64,000 nucleotides of DNA from the human T2T-CHM13v2.0 reference genome, Homo sapiens: NCBI RefSeq assembly GCF_009914755.1, contig NC_060931.1. One strand, written 5' to 3'. Below the pieces are notes generated by a model that saw only the letters and a program-made list of their open reading frames with translations, ran no database searches and was not told the DNA's origin. Positions within the stretch are counted from its first letter, which is position 1. Each line of letters starts with the position of its first letter. The translations under genes and the position numbers were made by a program. This document shows, piece after piece, positions 1 to 13,000 of the stretch.

Positions 1-389
1 ACTCTGCTTGTTATGTCTGCAAGTGGATATTTGGACCTCTTTGAGGCCTTCATTGCAAACGGGGTTTCTTCCTTTCATGCTAGACTAAGAAGAGTTCTCA
101 GTAACTTTTTTGTGTTGTGTGTATTCAACTCACAGAGTTGAACCTTGCTTTAGAGAGAGCAGATTTGAAACACTCTTGCTGTGGCATTTTCAGGTGGAGA
201 TTTCAAGCGATTTGAGGACAATTGCAGAAAAGGAAATATCTTCGTATAATAACCAGACAGAATCATTCTCAGAAAGTGCTTTGTGATGTGTGCGTTCAAC
301 TCACAGAGTTTAACCTTTCTTTTCATAGAGGAGTTTGGAAACACACTGTTTGTAAAGTCTGCAAGTGGATATATGGACCTGTTTGAGGC

Positions 390-406
390 CTTCGTTGGAA
401 ACGGGA
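390..406 (+). promoter_or_regulatory. CENP-B box (first of three per HOR; recurs every 1022 bp)
   Basis: cttcgttggaaacggga matches YTTCGTTGGAARCGGGA, with all nine core bases of NTTCGNNNNANNCGGGN. Confidence 0.97.
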
Positions 407-729
407 TTTCTTCATTGAATGCTAGACGGAAGAATTCTCAGTAAATTCTTTGTGTTGTGTGCATTCAACTCACAGAGTGGAACGTCCCTTTAGACAGAGC
501 AGATTTGAAACACTCTTTTTGCGGAATTTGCAAGTGGAGATTTCTAGCCATTTGATGCCAACAGTAGAAAGGGAAATATCTTCAAATAAAAACCAGACAG
601 AATCATTCTCAGAAAATTCTTTGTGATGTGTGCGTTCAACTCACATAGTTTAACCTTTCTTTTCATAGAGCAGTTTGGAAACACTCTGTTTGTAAAGTCT
701 GCAAGTGGATATATGGACCGCATTGAGGC

Positions 730-746
730 CTTCGTTGGAAACGGGA
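730..746 (+). promoter_or_regulatory. CENP-B box (second of three per HOR)
   Basis: cttcgttggaaacggga. The copies at 1752 and 7884 read cttcgttggaagcggga, which is also canonical. Confidence 0.97.
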
Positions 747-1069
747 TTTCTTCATTTCATGCTAGACAGAAGAATTCTCAGTAACTTCTTTGTGCTGTGT
801 GTATTCAACTCACAGAGTGGAACATCCCTTTGCACAGAGCAGATTTGAAACACTCTTTTTCTGGAGTTTGCAAGTGGAGATTTCAAGCGATTTGATGCCA
901 ACAGTAGAAAAGGAAATATCTTCAAATAAAAACTAGACAGAATCATTCTCAGAAACTACTTTGTGATGTGTGCCTTCAACTCACAGAGTTTAACCTTTCT
1001 TTTCTTAGAGCAGTTTAGAAACACTCTGCTTGTTATGTCTGCAAGTGGATATTTGGACCTCTTTGAGGC

Positions 1070-1086
1070 CTTCGTTGCAAACGGGG
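1070..1086 (+). promoter_or_regulatory. CENP-B box, variant form (third of three per HOR)
   Basis: cttcgttgcaaacgggg differs from consensus only at non-core positions 9 and 17; TTCG, A10 and CGGG are intact. Confidence 0.9.
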
Positions 1087-4000
1087 TTTCTTCCTTTCAT
1101 GCTAGACTAAGAAGAGTTCTCAGTAACTTTTTTGTGTTGTGTGTATTCAACTCACAGAGTTGAACCTTGCTTTAGAGAGAGCAGATTTGAAACACTCTTG
1201 CTGTGGCATTTTCAGGTGGAGATTTCAAGCGATTTGAGGACAATTGCAGAAAAGGAAATATCTTCGTATAATAACCAGACAGAATCATTCTCAGAAAGTG
1301 CTTTGTGATGTGTGCGTTCAACTCACAGAGTTTAACCTTTCTTTTCATAGAGGAGTTTGGAAACACACTGTTTGTAAAGTCTGCAAGTGGATATATGGAC
1401 CTGTTTGAGGCCTTCGTTGGAAACGGGATTTCTTCATTGAATGCTAGACGGAAGAATTCTCAGTAAATTCTTTGTGTTGTGTGCATTCAACTCACAGAGT
1501 GGAACGTCCCTTTAGACAGAGCAGATTTGAAACACTCTTTTTGCGGAATTTGCAAGTGGAGATTTCTAGCCATTTGATGCCAACAGTAGAAAGGGAAATA
1601 TCTTCAAATAAAAACCAGACAGAATCATTCTCAGAAAATTCTTTGTGATGTGTGCGTTCAACTCACATAGTTTAACCTTTCTTTTCATAGAGCAGTTTGG
1701 AAACACTCTGTTTGTAAAGTCTGCAAGTGGATATATGGACCGCATTGAGGCCTTCGTTGGAAGCGGGATTTCTTCATTTCATGCTAGACAGAAGAATTCT
1801 CAGTAACTTCTTTGTGCTGTGTGTATTCAACTCACAGAGTGGAACATCCCTTTGCACAGAGCAGATTTGAAACACTCTTTTTCTGGAGTTTGCAAGTGGA
1901 GATTTCAAGCGATTTGATGCCAACAGTAGAAAAGGAAATATCTTCAAATAAAAACTAGACAGAATCATTCTCAGAAACTACTTTGTGATGTGTGCCTTCA
2001 ACTCACAGAGTTTAACCTTTCTTTTCTTAGAGCAGTTTAGAAACACTCTGCTTGTTATGTCTGCAAGTGGATATTTGGACCTCTTTGAGGCCTTCGTTGC
2101 AAACGGGGTTTCTTCCTTTCATGCTAGACTAAGAAGAGTTCTCAGTAACTTTTTTGTGTTGTGTGTATTCAACTCACAGAGTTGAACCTTGCTTTAGAGA
2201 GAGCAGATTTGAAACACTCTTGCTGTGGCATTTTCAGGTGGAGATTTCAAGCGATTTGAGGACAATTGCAGAAAAGGAAATATCTTCGTATAATAACCAG
2301 ACAGAATCATTCTCAGAAAGTGCTTTGTGATGTGTGCGTTCAACTCACAGAGTTTAACCTTTCTTTTCATAGAGGAGTTTGGAAACACACTGTTTGTAAA
2401 GTCTGCAAGTGGATATATGGACCTGTTTGAGGCCTTCGTTGGAAACGGGATTTCTTCATTGAATGCTAGACGGAAGAATTCTCAGTAAATTCTTTGTGTT
2501 GTGTGCATTCAACTCACAGAGTGGAACGTCCCTTTAGACAGAGCAGATTTGAAACACTCTTTTTGCGGAATTTGCAAGTGGAGATTTCTAGCCATTTGAT
2601 GCCAACAGTAGAAAGGGAAATATCTTCAAATAAAAACCAGACAGAATCATTCTCAGAAAATTCTTTGTGATGTGTGCGTTCAACTCACATAGTTTAACCT
2701 TTCTTTTCATAGAGCAGTTTGGAAACACTCTGTTTGTAAAGTCTGCAAGTGGATATATGGACCGCATTGAGGCCTTCGTTGGAAACGGGATTTCTTCATT
2801 TCATGCTAGACAGAAGAATTCTCAGTAACTTCTTTGTGCTGTGTGTATTCAACTCACAGAGTGGAACGTCCCTTTACACAGAGCAGATTTGAAACACTCT
2901 TTTTGTGGAGTTTGCAAGTGGAGATTTCAAGCGATTTGATGCCAACAGTAGAAAAGGAAATATCTTCAAATAAAAACTAGACAGAATCATTCTCAGAAAC
3001 TACTTTGTGATGTGTGCCTTTAACTCACAGAGTTTAACCTTTCTTTTCTTAGAGCAGTTTAGAAACACTCTGCTTGTTATGTCTGCAAGTGGATATTTGG
3101 ACCTCTTTGAGGCCTTCGTTGCAAACGGGGTTTCTTCCTTTCATGCTAGACTAAGAAGTGTTCTCAGTAACTTTTTTGTGTTGTGTGTATTCAACTCACA
3201 GAGTTGAACCTTGCTTTAGAGAGAGCAGATTTGAAACACTCTTGCTGTGGCATTTTCAGGTGGAGATTTCAAGCGATTTGAGGACAATTGCAGAAAAGGA
3301 AATATCTTCGTATAATAACCAGACAGAATCATTCTCAGAAAGTGCTTTGTGATGTGTGCGTTCAACTCACAGAGTTTAACCTTTCTTTTCATAGAGGAGT
3401 TTGGAAACACACTGTTTGTAAAGTCTGCAGGTGGATACATGGACCTGTTTGAGGCCTTCGTTGGAAACGGGATTTCTTCATTGAATGCTAGACGGAAGAA
3501 TTCTCAGTAAATTCTTTGTGTTGTGTGCATTCAACTCACAGAGTGGAACGTCCCTTTAGACAGAGCAGATTTGAAACACTCTTTTTGCGGAATTTGCAAG
3601 TGGAGATTTCTAGCCATTTGATGCCAACAGTAGAAAGGGAAATATCTTCAAATAAAAACCAGACAGAATCATTCTCAGAAAATTCTTTGTGATGTGTGCG
3701 TTCAACTCACATAGTTTAACCTTTCTTTTCATAGAGCAGTTTGGAAACACTCTGTTTGTAAAGTCTGCAAGTGGATATATGGACCGCATTGAGGCCTTCG
3801 TTGGAAACGGGATTTCTTCATTTCATGCTAGACAGAAGAATTCTCAGTAACTTCTTTGTGCTGTGTGTATTCAACTCACAGAGTGGAACGTCCCTTTGCA
3901 CAGAGCAGATTTGAAACACTCTTTTTGTGGAGTTTGCAAGTGGAGATTTCAAGCGATTTGATGCCAACAGTAGAAAAGGAAATATCTTCAAATAAAAACT

Positions 4001-7000
4001 AGACAGAATCATTCTCAGAAACTACTTTGTGATGTGTGCCTTCAACTCACAGAGTTTAACCTTTCTTTTCTTAGAGCAGTTTAGAAACACTCTGCTTGTT
4101 ATGTCTGCAAGTGGATATTTGGACCTCTTTGAGGCCTTCGTTGCAAACGGGGTTTCTTCCTTTCATGCTAGACTAAGAAGAGTTCTCAGTAACTTTTTTG
4201 TGTTGTGTGTATTCAACTCACAGAGTTGAACCTTGCTTTAGAGAGAGCAGATTTGAAACACTCTTGCTGTGGCATTTTCAGGTGGAGATTTCAAGCGATT
4301 TGAGGACAATTGCAGAAAAGGAAATATCTTCGTATAATAACCAGACAGAATCATTCTCAGAAAGTGCTTTGTGATGTGTGCGTTCAACTCACAGAGTTTA
4401 ACCTTTCTTTTCATAGAGGAGTTTGGAAACACACTGTTTGTAAAGTCTGCAAGTGGATATATGGACCTGTTTGAGGCCTTCGTTGGAAACGGGATTTCTT
4501 CATTGAATGCTAGACGGAAGAATTCTCAGTAAATTCTTTGTGTTGTGTGCATTCAACTCACAGAGTGGAACGTCCCTTTAGACAGAGCAGATTTGAAACA
4601 CTCTTTTTGCGGAATTTGCAAGTGGAGATTTCTAGCCATTTGATGCCAACAGTAGAAAGGGAAATATCTTCAAATAAAAACCAGACAGAATCATTCTCAG
4701 AAAATTCTTTGTGATGTGTGCGTTCAACTCACATAGTTTAACCTTTCTTTTCATAGAGCAGTTTGGAAACACTCTGTTTGTAAAGTCTGCAAGTGGATAT
4801 ATGGACCGCATTGAGGCCTTCGTTGGAAACGGGATTTCTTCATTTCATGCTAGACAGAAGAATTCTCAGTAACTTCTTTGTGCTGTGTGTATTCAACTCA
4901 CAGAGTGGAACGTCCCTTTACACAGAGCAGATTTGAAACACTCTTTTTGTGGAGTTTGCAAGTGGAGATTTCAAGCGATTTGATGCCAACAGTAGAAAAG
5001 GAAATATCTTCAAATAAAAACTAGACAGAATCATTCTCAGAAACTACTTTGTGATGTGTGCCTTTAACTCACAGAGTTTAACCTTTCTTTTCTTAGAGCA
5101 GTTTAGAAACACTCTGCTTGTTATGTCTGCAAGTGGATATTTGGACCTCTTTGAGGCCTTCGTTGCAAACGGGGTTTCTTCCTTTCATGCTAGACTAAGA
5201 AGTGTTCTCAGTAACTTTTTTGTGTTGTGTGTATTCAACTCACAGAGTTGAACCTTGCTTTAGAGAGAGCAGATTTGAAACACTCTTGCTGTGGCATTTT
5301 CAGGTGGAGATTTCAAGCGATTTGAGGACAATTGCAGAAAAGGAAATATCTTCGTATAATAACCAGACAGAATCATTCTCAGAAAGTGCTTTGTGATGTG
5401 TGCGTTCAACTCACAGAGTTTAACCTTTCTTTTCATAGAGGAGTTTGGAAACACACTGTTTGTAAAGTCTGCAGGTGGATATATGGACCTGTTTGAGTCC
5501 TTCGTTGGAAACGGGATTTCTTCATTGAATGCTAGACGGAAGAATTCTCAGTAAATTCTTTGTGTTGTGTGCATTCAACTCACAGAGTGGAACGTCCCTT
5601 TAGACAGAGCAGATTTGAAACACTCTTTTTGCGGAATTTGCAAGTGGAGATTTCTAGCCATTTGATGCCAACAGTAGAAAGGGAAATATCTTCAAATAAA
5701 AACCAGACAGAATCATTCTCAGAAAATTCTTTGTGATGTGTGCGTTCAACTCACATAGTTTAACCTTTCTTTTCATAGAGCAGTTTGGAAACACTCTGTT
5801 TGTAAAGTCTGCAAGTGGATATATGGACCGCATTGAGGCCTTCGTTGGAAACGGGATTTCTTCATTTCATGCTAGACAGAAGAATTCTCAGTAACTTCTT
5901 TGTGCTGTGTGTATTCAACTCACAGAGTGGAACGTCCCTTTGCACAGAGCAGATTTGAAACACTCTTTTTGTGGAGTTTGCAAGTGGAGATTTCAAGCGA
6001 TTTGATGCCAACAGTAGAAAAGGAAATATCTTCAAATAAAAACTAGACAGAATCATTCTCAGAAACTACTTTGTGATGTGTGCCTTCAACTCACAGAGTT
6101 TAACCTTTCTTTTCTTAGAGCAGTTTAGAAACACTCTGCTTGTTATGTCTGCAAGTGGATATTTGGACCTCTTTGAGGCCTTCGTTGCAAACGGGGTTTC
6201 TTCCTTTCATGCTAGACTAAGAAGAGTTCTCAGTAACTTTTTTGTGTTGTGTGTATTCAACTCACAGAGTTGAACCTTGCTTTAGAGAGAGCAGATTTGA
6301 AACACTCTTGCTGTGGCATTTTCAGGTGGAGATTTCAAGCGATTTGAGGACAATTGCAGAAAAGGAAATATCTTCGTATAATAACCAGACAGAATCATTC
6401 TCAGAAAGTGCTTTGTGATGTGTGCGTTCAACTCACAGAGTTTAACCTTTCTTTTCATAGAGGAGTTTGGAAACACACTGTTTGTAAAGTCTGCAAGTGG
6501 ATATATGGACCTGTTTGAGGCCTTCGTTGGAAACGGGATTTCTTCATTGAATGCTAGACGGAAGAATTCTCAGTAAATTCTTTGTGTTGTGTGCATTCAA
6601 CTCACAGAGTGGAACGTCCCTTTAGACAGAGCAGATTTGAAACACTCTTTTTGCGGAATTTGCAAGTGGAGATTTCTAGCCATTTGATGCCAACAGTAGA
6701 AAGGGAAATATCTTCAAATAAAAACCAGACAGAATCATTCTCAGAAAATTCTTTGTGATGTGTGCGTTCAACTCACATAGTTTAACCTTTCTTTTCATAG
6801 AGCAGTTTGGAAACACTCTGTTTGTAAAGTCTGCAAGTGGATATATGGACCGCATTGAGGCCTTCGTTGGAAACGGGATTTCTTCATTTCATGCTAGACA
6901 GAAGAATTCTCAGTAACTTCTTTGTGCTGTGTGTATTCAACTCACAGAGTGGAACATCCCTTTGCACAGAGCAGATTTGAAACACTCTTTTTCTGGAGTT

Positions 7001-10000
7001 TGCAAGTGGAGATTTCAAGCGATTTGATGCCAACAGTAGAAAAGGAAATATCTTCAAATAAAAACTAGACAGAATCATTCTCAGAAACTACTTTGTGATG
7101 TGTGCCTTCAACTCACAGAGTTTAACCTTTCTTTTCTTAGAGCAGTTTAGAAACACTCTGCTTGTTATGTCTGCAAGTGGATATTTGGACCTCTTTGAGG
7201 CCTTCGTTGCAAACGGGGTTTCTTCCTTTCATGCTAGACTAAGAAGAGTTCTCAGTAACTTTTTTGTGTTGTGTGTATTCAACTCACAGAGTTGAACCTT
7301 GCTTTAGAGAGAGCAGATTTGAAACACTCTTGCTGTGGCATTTTCAGGTGGAGATTTCAAGCGATTTGAGGACAATTGCAGAAAAGGAAATATCTTCGTA
7401 TAATAACCAGACAGAATCATTCTCAGAAAGTGCTTTGTGATGTGTGCGTTCAACTCACAGAGTTTAACCTTTCTTTTCATAGAGGAGTTTGGAAACACAC
7501 TGTTTGTAAAGTCTGCAAGTGGATATATGGACCTGTTTGAGGCCTTCGTTGGAAACGGGATTTCTTCATTGAATGCTAGACGGAAGAATTCTCAGTAAAT
7601 TCTTTGTGTTGTGTGCATTCAACTCACAGAGTGGAACGTCCCTTTAGACAGAGCAGATTTGAAACACTCTTTTTGCGGAATTTGCAAGTGGAGATTTCTA
7701 GCCATTTGATGCCAACAGTAGAAAGGGAAATATCTTCAAATAAAAACCAGACAGAATCATTCTCAGAAAATTCTTTGTGATGTGTGCGTTCAACTCACAT
7801 AGTTTAACCTTACTTTTCATAGAGCAGTTTGGAAACACTCTGTTTGTAAAGTCTGCAAGTGGATATATGGACCGCATTGAGGCCTTCGTTGGAAGCGGGA
7901 TTTCTTCATTTCATGCTAGACAGAAGAATTCTCAGTAACTTCTTTGTGCTGTGTGTATTCAACTCACAGAGTGGAACATCCCTTTGCACAGAGCAGATTT
8001 GAAACACTCTTTTTCTGGAGTTTGCAAGTGGAGATTTCAAGCGATTTGATGCCAACAGTAGAAAAGGAAATATCTTCAAATAAAAACTAGACAGAATCAT
8101 TCTCAGAAACTACTTTGTGATGTGTGCCTTCAACTCACAGAGTTTAACCTTTCTTTTCTTAGAGCAGTTTAGAAACACTCTGCTTGTTATGTCTGCAAGT
8201 GGATATTTGGACCTCTTTGAGGCCTTCGTTGCAAACGGGGTTTCTTCCTTTCATGCTAGACTAAGAAGAGTTCTCAGTAACTTTTTTGTGTTGTGTGTAT
8301 TCAACTCACAGAGTTGAACCTTGCTTTAGAGAGAGCAGATTTGAAACACTCTCGCTGTGGCATTTTCAGGTGGAGATTTCAAGCGATTTGAGGACAATTG
8401 CAGAAAAGGAAATATCTTCGTATAATAACCAGACAGAATCATTCTCAGAAAGTGCTTTGTGATGTGTGCGTTCAACTCACAGAGTTTAACCTTTCTTTTC
8501 ATAGAGGAGTTTGGAAACACACTGTTTGTAAAGTCTGCAAGTGGATATATGGACCTGTTTGAGGCCTTCGTTGGAAACGGGATTTCTTCATTGAATGCTA
8601 GACGGAAGAATTCTCAGTAAATTCTTTGTGTTGTGTGCATTCAACTCACAGAGTGGAACGTCCCTTTAGACAGAGCAGATTTGAAACACTCTTTTTGCGG
8701 AATTTGCAAGTGGAGATTTCTAGCCATTTGATGCCAACAGTAGAAAGGGAAATATCTTCAAATAAAAACCAGACAGAATCATTCTCAGAAAATTCTTTGT
8801 GATGTGTGCGTTCAACTCACATAGTTTAACCTTTCTTTTCATAGAGCAGTTTGGAAACACTCTGTTTGTAAAGTCTGCAAGTGGATATATGGACCGCATT
8901 GAGGCCTTCGTTGGAAACGGGATTTCTTCATTTCATGCTAGACAGAAGAATTCTCAGTAACTTCTTTGTGCTGTGTGTATTCAACTCACAGAGTGGAACG
9001 TCCCTTTACACAGAGCAGATTTGAAACACTCTTTTTGTGGAGTTTGCAAGTGGAGATTTCAAGCGATTTGATGCCAACAGTAGAAAAGGAAATATCTTCA
9101 AATAAAAACTAGACAGAATCATTCTCAGAAACTACTTTGTGATGTGTGCCTTTAACTCACAGAGTTTAACCTTTCTTTTCTTAGAGCAGTTTAGAAACAC
9201 TCTGCTTGTTATGTCTGCAAGTGGATATTTGGACCTCTTTGAGGCCTTCGTTGCAAACGGGGTTTCTTCCTTTCATGCTAGACTAAGAAGTGTTCTCAGT
9301 AACTTTTTTGTGTTGTGTGTATTCAACTCACAGAGTTGAACCTTGCTTTAGAGAGAGCAGATTTGAAACACTCTTGCTGTGGCATTTTCAGGTGGAGATT
9401 TCAAGCGATTTGAGGACAATTGCAGAAAAGGAAATATCTTCGTATAATAACCAGACAGAATCATTCTCAGAAAGTGCTTTGTGATGTGTGCGTTCAACTC
9501 ACAGAGTTTAACCTTTCTTTTCATAGAGGAGTTTGGAAACACACTGTTTGTAAAGTCTGCAGGTGGATACATGGACCTGTTTGAGGCCTTCGTTGGAAAC
9601 GGGATTTCTTCATTGAATGCTAGACGGAAGAATTCTCAGTAAATTCTTTGTGTTGTGTGCATTCAACTCACAGAGTGGAACGTCCCTTTAGACAGAGCAG
9701 ATTTGAAACACTCTTTTTGCGGAATTTGCAAGTGGAGATTTCTAGCCATTTGATGCCAACAGTAGAAAGGGAAATATCTTCAAATAAAAACCAGACAGAA
9801 TCATTCTCAGAAAATTCTTTGTGATGTGTGCGTTCAACTCACATAGTTTAACCTTTCTTTTCATAGAGCAGTTTGGAAACACTCTGTTTGTAAAGTCTGC
9901 AAGTGGATATATGGACCGCATTGAGGCCTTCGTTGGAAACGGGATTTCTTCATTTCATGCTAGACAGAAGAATTCTCAGTAACTTCTTTGTGCTGTGTGT

Positions 10001-13000
10001 ATTCAACTCACAGAGTGGAACGTCCCTTTGCACAGAGCAGATTTGAAACACTCTTTTTGTGGAGTTTGCAAGTGGAGATTTCAAGCGATTTGATGCCAAC
10101 AGTAGAAAAGGAAATATCTTCAAATAAAAACTAGACAGAATCATTCTCAGAAACTACTTTGTGATGTGTGCCTTCAACTCACAGAGTTTAACCTTTCTTT
10201 TCTTAGAGCAGTTTAGAAACACTCTGCTTGTTATGTCTGCAAGTGGATATTTGGACCTCTTTGAGGCCTTCGTTGCAAACGGGGTTTCTTCCTTTCATGC
10301 TAGACTAAGAAGAGTTCTCAGTAACTTTTTTGTGTTGTGTGTATTCAACTCACAGAGTTGAACCTTGCTTTAGAGAGAGCAGATTTGAAACACTCTTGCT
10401 GTGGCATTTTCAGGTGGAGATTTCAAGCGATTTGAGGACAATTGCAGAAAAGGAAATATCTTCGTATAATAACCAGACAGAATCATTCTCAGAAAGTGCT
10501 TTGTGATGTGTGCGTTCAACTCACAGAGTTTAACCTTTCTTTTCATAGAGGAGTTTGGAAACACACTGTTTGTAAAGTCTGCAAGTGGATATATGGACCT
10601 GTTTGAGGCCTTCGTTGGAAACGGGATTTCTTCATTGAATGCTAGACGGAAGAATTCTCAGTAAATTCTTTGTGTTGTGTGCATTCAACTCACAGAGTGG
10701 AACGTCCCTTTAGACAGAGCAGATTTGAAACACTCTTTTTGCGGAATTTGCAAGTGGAGATTTCTAGCCATTTGATGCCAACAGTAGAAAGGGAAATATC
10801 TTCAAATAAAAACCAGACAGAATCATTCTCAGAAAATTCTTTGTGATGTGTGCGTTCAACTCACATAGTTTAACCTTTCTTTTCATAGAGCAGTTTGGAA
10901 ACACTCTGTTTGTAAAGTCTGCAAGTGGATATATGGACCGCATTGAGGCCTTCGTTGGAAACGGGATTTCTTCATTTCATGCTAGACAGAAGAATTCTCA
11001 GTAACTTCTTTGTGCTGTGTGTATTCAACTCACAGAGTGGAACGTCCCTTTACACAGAGCAGATTTGAAACACTCTTTTTGTGGAGTTTGCAAGTGGAGA
11101 TTTCAAGCGATTTGATGCCAACAGTAGAAAAGGAAATATCTTCAAATAAAAACTAGACAGAATCATTCTCAGAAACTACTTTGTGATGTGTGCCTTTAAC
11201 TCACAGAGTTTAACCTTTCTTTTCTTAGAGCAGTTTAGAAACACTCTGCTTGTTATGTCTGCAAGTGGATATTTGGACCTCTTTGAGGCCTTCGTTGCAA
11301 ACGGGGTTTCTTCCTTTCATGCTAGACTAAGAAGTGTTCTCAGTAACTTTTTTGTGTTGTGTGTATTCAACTCACAGAGTTGAACCTTGCTTTAGAGAGA
11401 GCAGATTTGAAACACTCTTGCTGTGGCATTTTCAGGTGGAGATTTCAAGCGATTTGAGGACAATTGCAGAAAAGGAAATATCTTCGTATAATAACCAGAC
11501 AGAATCATTCTCAGAAAGTGCTTTGTGATGTGTGCGTTCAACTCACAGAGTTTAACCTTTCTTTTCATAGAGGAGTTTGGAAACACACTGTTTGTAAAGT
11601 CTGCAGGTGGATACATGGACCTGTTTGAGGCCTTCGTTGGAAACGGGATTTCTTCATTGAATGCTAGACGGAAGAATTCTCAGTAAATTCTTTGTGTTGT
11701 GTGCATTCAACTCACAGAGTGGAACGTCCCTTTAGACAGAGCAGATTTGAAACACTCTTTTTGCGGAATTTGCAAGTGGAGATTTCTAGCCATTTGATGC
11801 CAACAGTAGAAAGGGAAATATCTTCAAATAAAAACCAGACAGAATCATTCTCAGAAAATTCTTTGTGATGTGTGCGTTCAACTCACATAGTTTAACCTTT
11901 CTTTTCATAGAGCAGTTTGGAAACACTCTGTTTGTAAAGTCTGCAAGTGGATATATGGACCGCATTGAGGCCTTCGTTGGAAACGGGATTTCTTCATTTC
12001 ATGCTAGACAGAAGAATTCTCAGTAACTTCTTTGTGCTGTGTGTATTCAACTCACAGAGTGGAACGTCCCTTTGCACAGAGCAGATTTGAAACACTCTTT
12101 TTGTGGAGTTTGCAAGTGGAGATTTCAAGCGATTTGATGCCAACAGTAGAAAAGGAAATATCTTCAAATAAAAACTAGACAGAATCATTCTCAGAAACTA
12201 CTTTGTGATGTGTGCCTTCAACTCACAGAGTTTAACCTTTCTTTTCTTAGAGCAGTTTAGAAACACTCTGCTTGTTATGTCTGCAAGTGGATATTTGGAC
12301 CTCTTTGAGGCCTTCGTTGCAAACGGGGTTTCTTCCTTTCATGCTAGACTAAGAAGAGTTCTCAGTAACTTTTTTGTGTTGTGTGTATTCAACTCACAGA
12401 GTTGAACCTTGCTTTAGAGAGAGCAGATTTGAAACACTCTTGCTGTGGCATTTTCAGGTGGAGATTTCAAGCGATTTGAGGACAATTGCAGAAAAGGAAA
12501 TATCTTCGTATAATAACCAGACAGAATCATTCTCAGAAAGTGCTTTGTGATGTGTGCGTTCAACTCACAGAGTTTAACCTTTCTTTTCATAGAGGAGTTT
12601 GGAAACACACTGTTTGTAAAGTCTGCAAGTGGATATATGGACCTGTTTGAGGCCTTCGTTGGAAACGGGATTTCTTCATTGAATGCTAGACGGAAGAATT
12701 CTCAGTAAATTCTTTGTGTTGTGTGCATTCAACTCACAGAGTGGAACGTCCCTTTAGACAGAGCAGATTTGAAACACTCTTTTTGCGGAATTTGCAAGTG
12801 GAGATTTCTAGCCATTTGATGCCAACAGTAGAAAGGGAAATATCTTCAAATAAAAACCAGACAGAATCATTCTCAGAAAATTCTTTGTGATGTGTGCGTT
12901 CAACTCACATAGTTTAACCTTTCTTTTCATAGAGCAGTTTGGAAACACTCTGTTTGTAAAGTCTGCAAGTGGATATATGGACCGCATTGAGGCCTTCGTT

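Larger units (their letters stand above)
432..1453 (+). repeat. One representative canonical 1022-bp HOR unit (EcoRI to EcoRI; dimers of 340, 340 and 342 bp)
   Basis: CENP-B boxes start at 390, 730, 1070 and 1412 (spacing 340, 340, 342). The 342-bp dimer has a 2-bp TA insertion (gctagacTAagaagagttct versus gctagacagaagaattct; first seen at 86-87). Confidence 0.97.

Noticed and set aside
594-600. AATAAA poly(A)-like and TATAAT promoter-like hexamers in each HOR (aataaa near 585 and 925, tataat at 245)
   Set aside because: These short AT-rich words are intrinsic to the alpha monomer; nothing in the sequence supports their use as signals.
898-916. pJ-alpha box in the monomers lacking a CENP-B box (caacagtagaaaaggaa)
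   Set aside because: It occupies the expected A-type position but departs from the CTAYGGTGRAAAAGGAA consensus, so a functional site cannot be supported.
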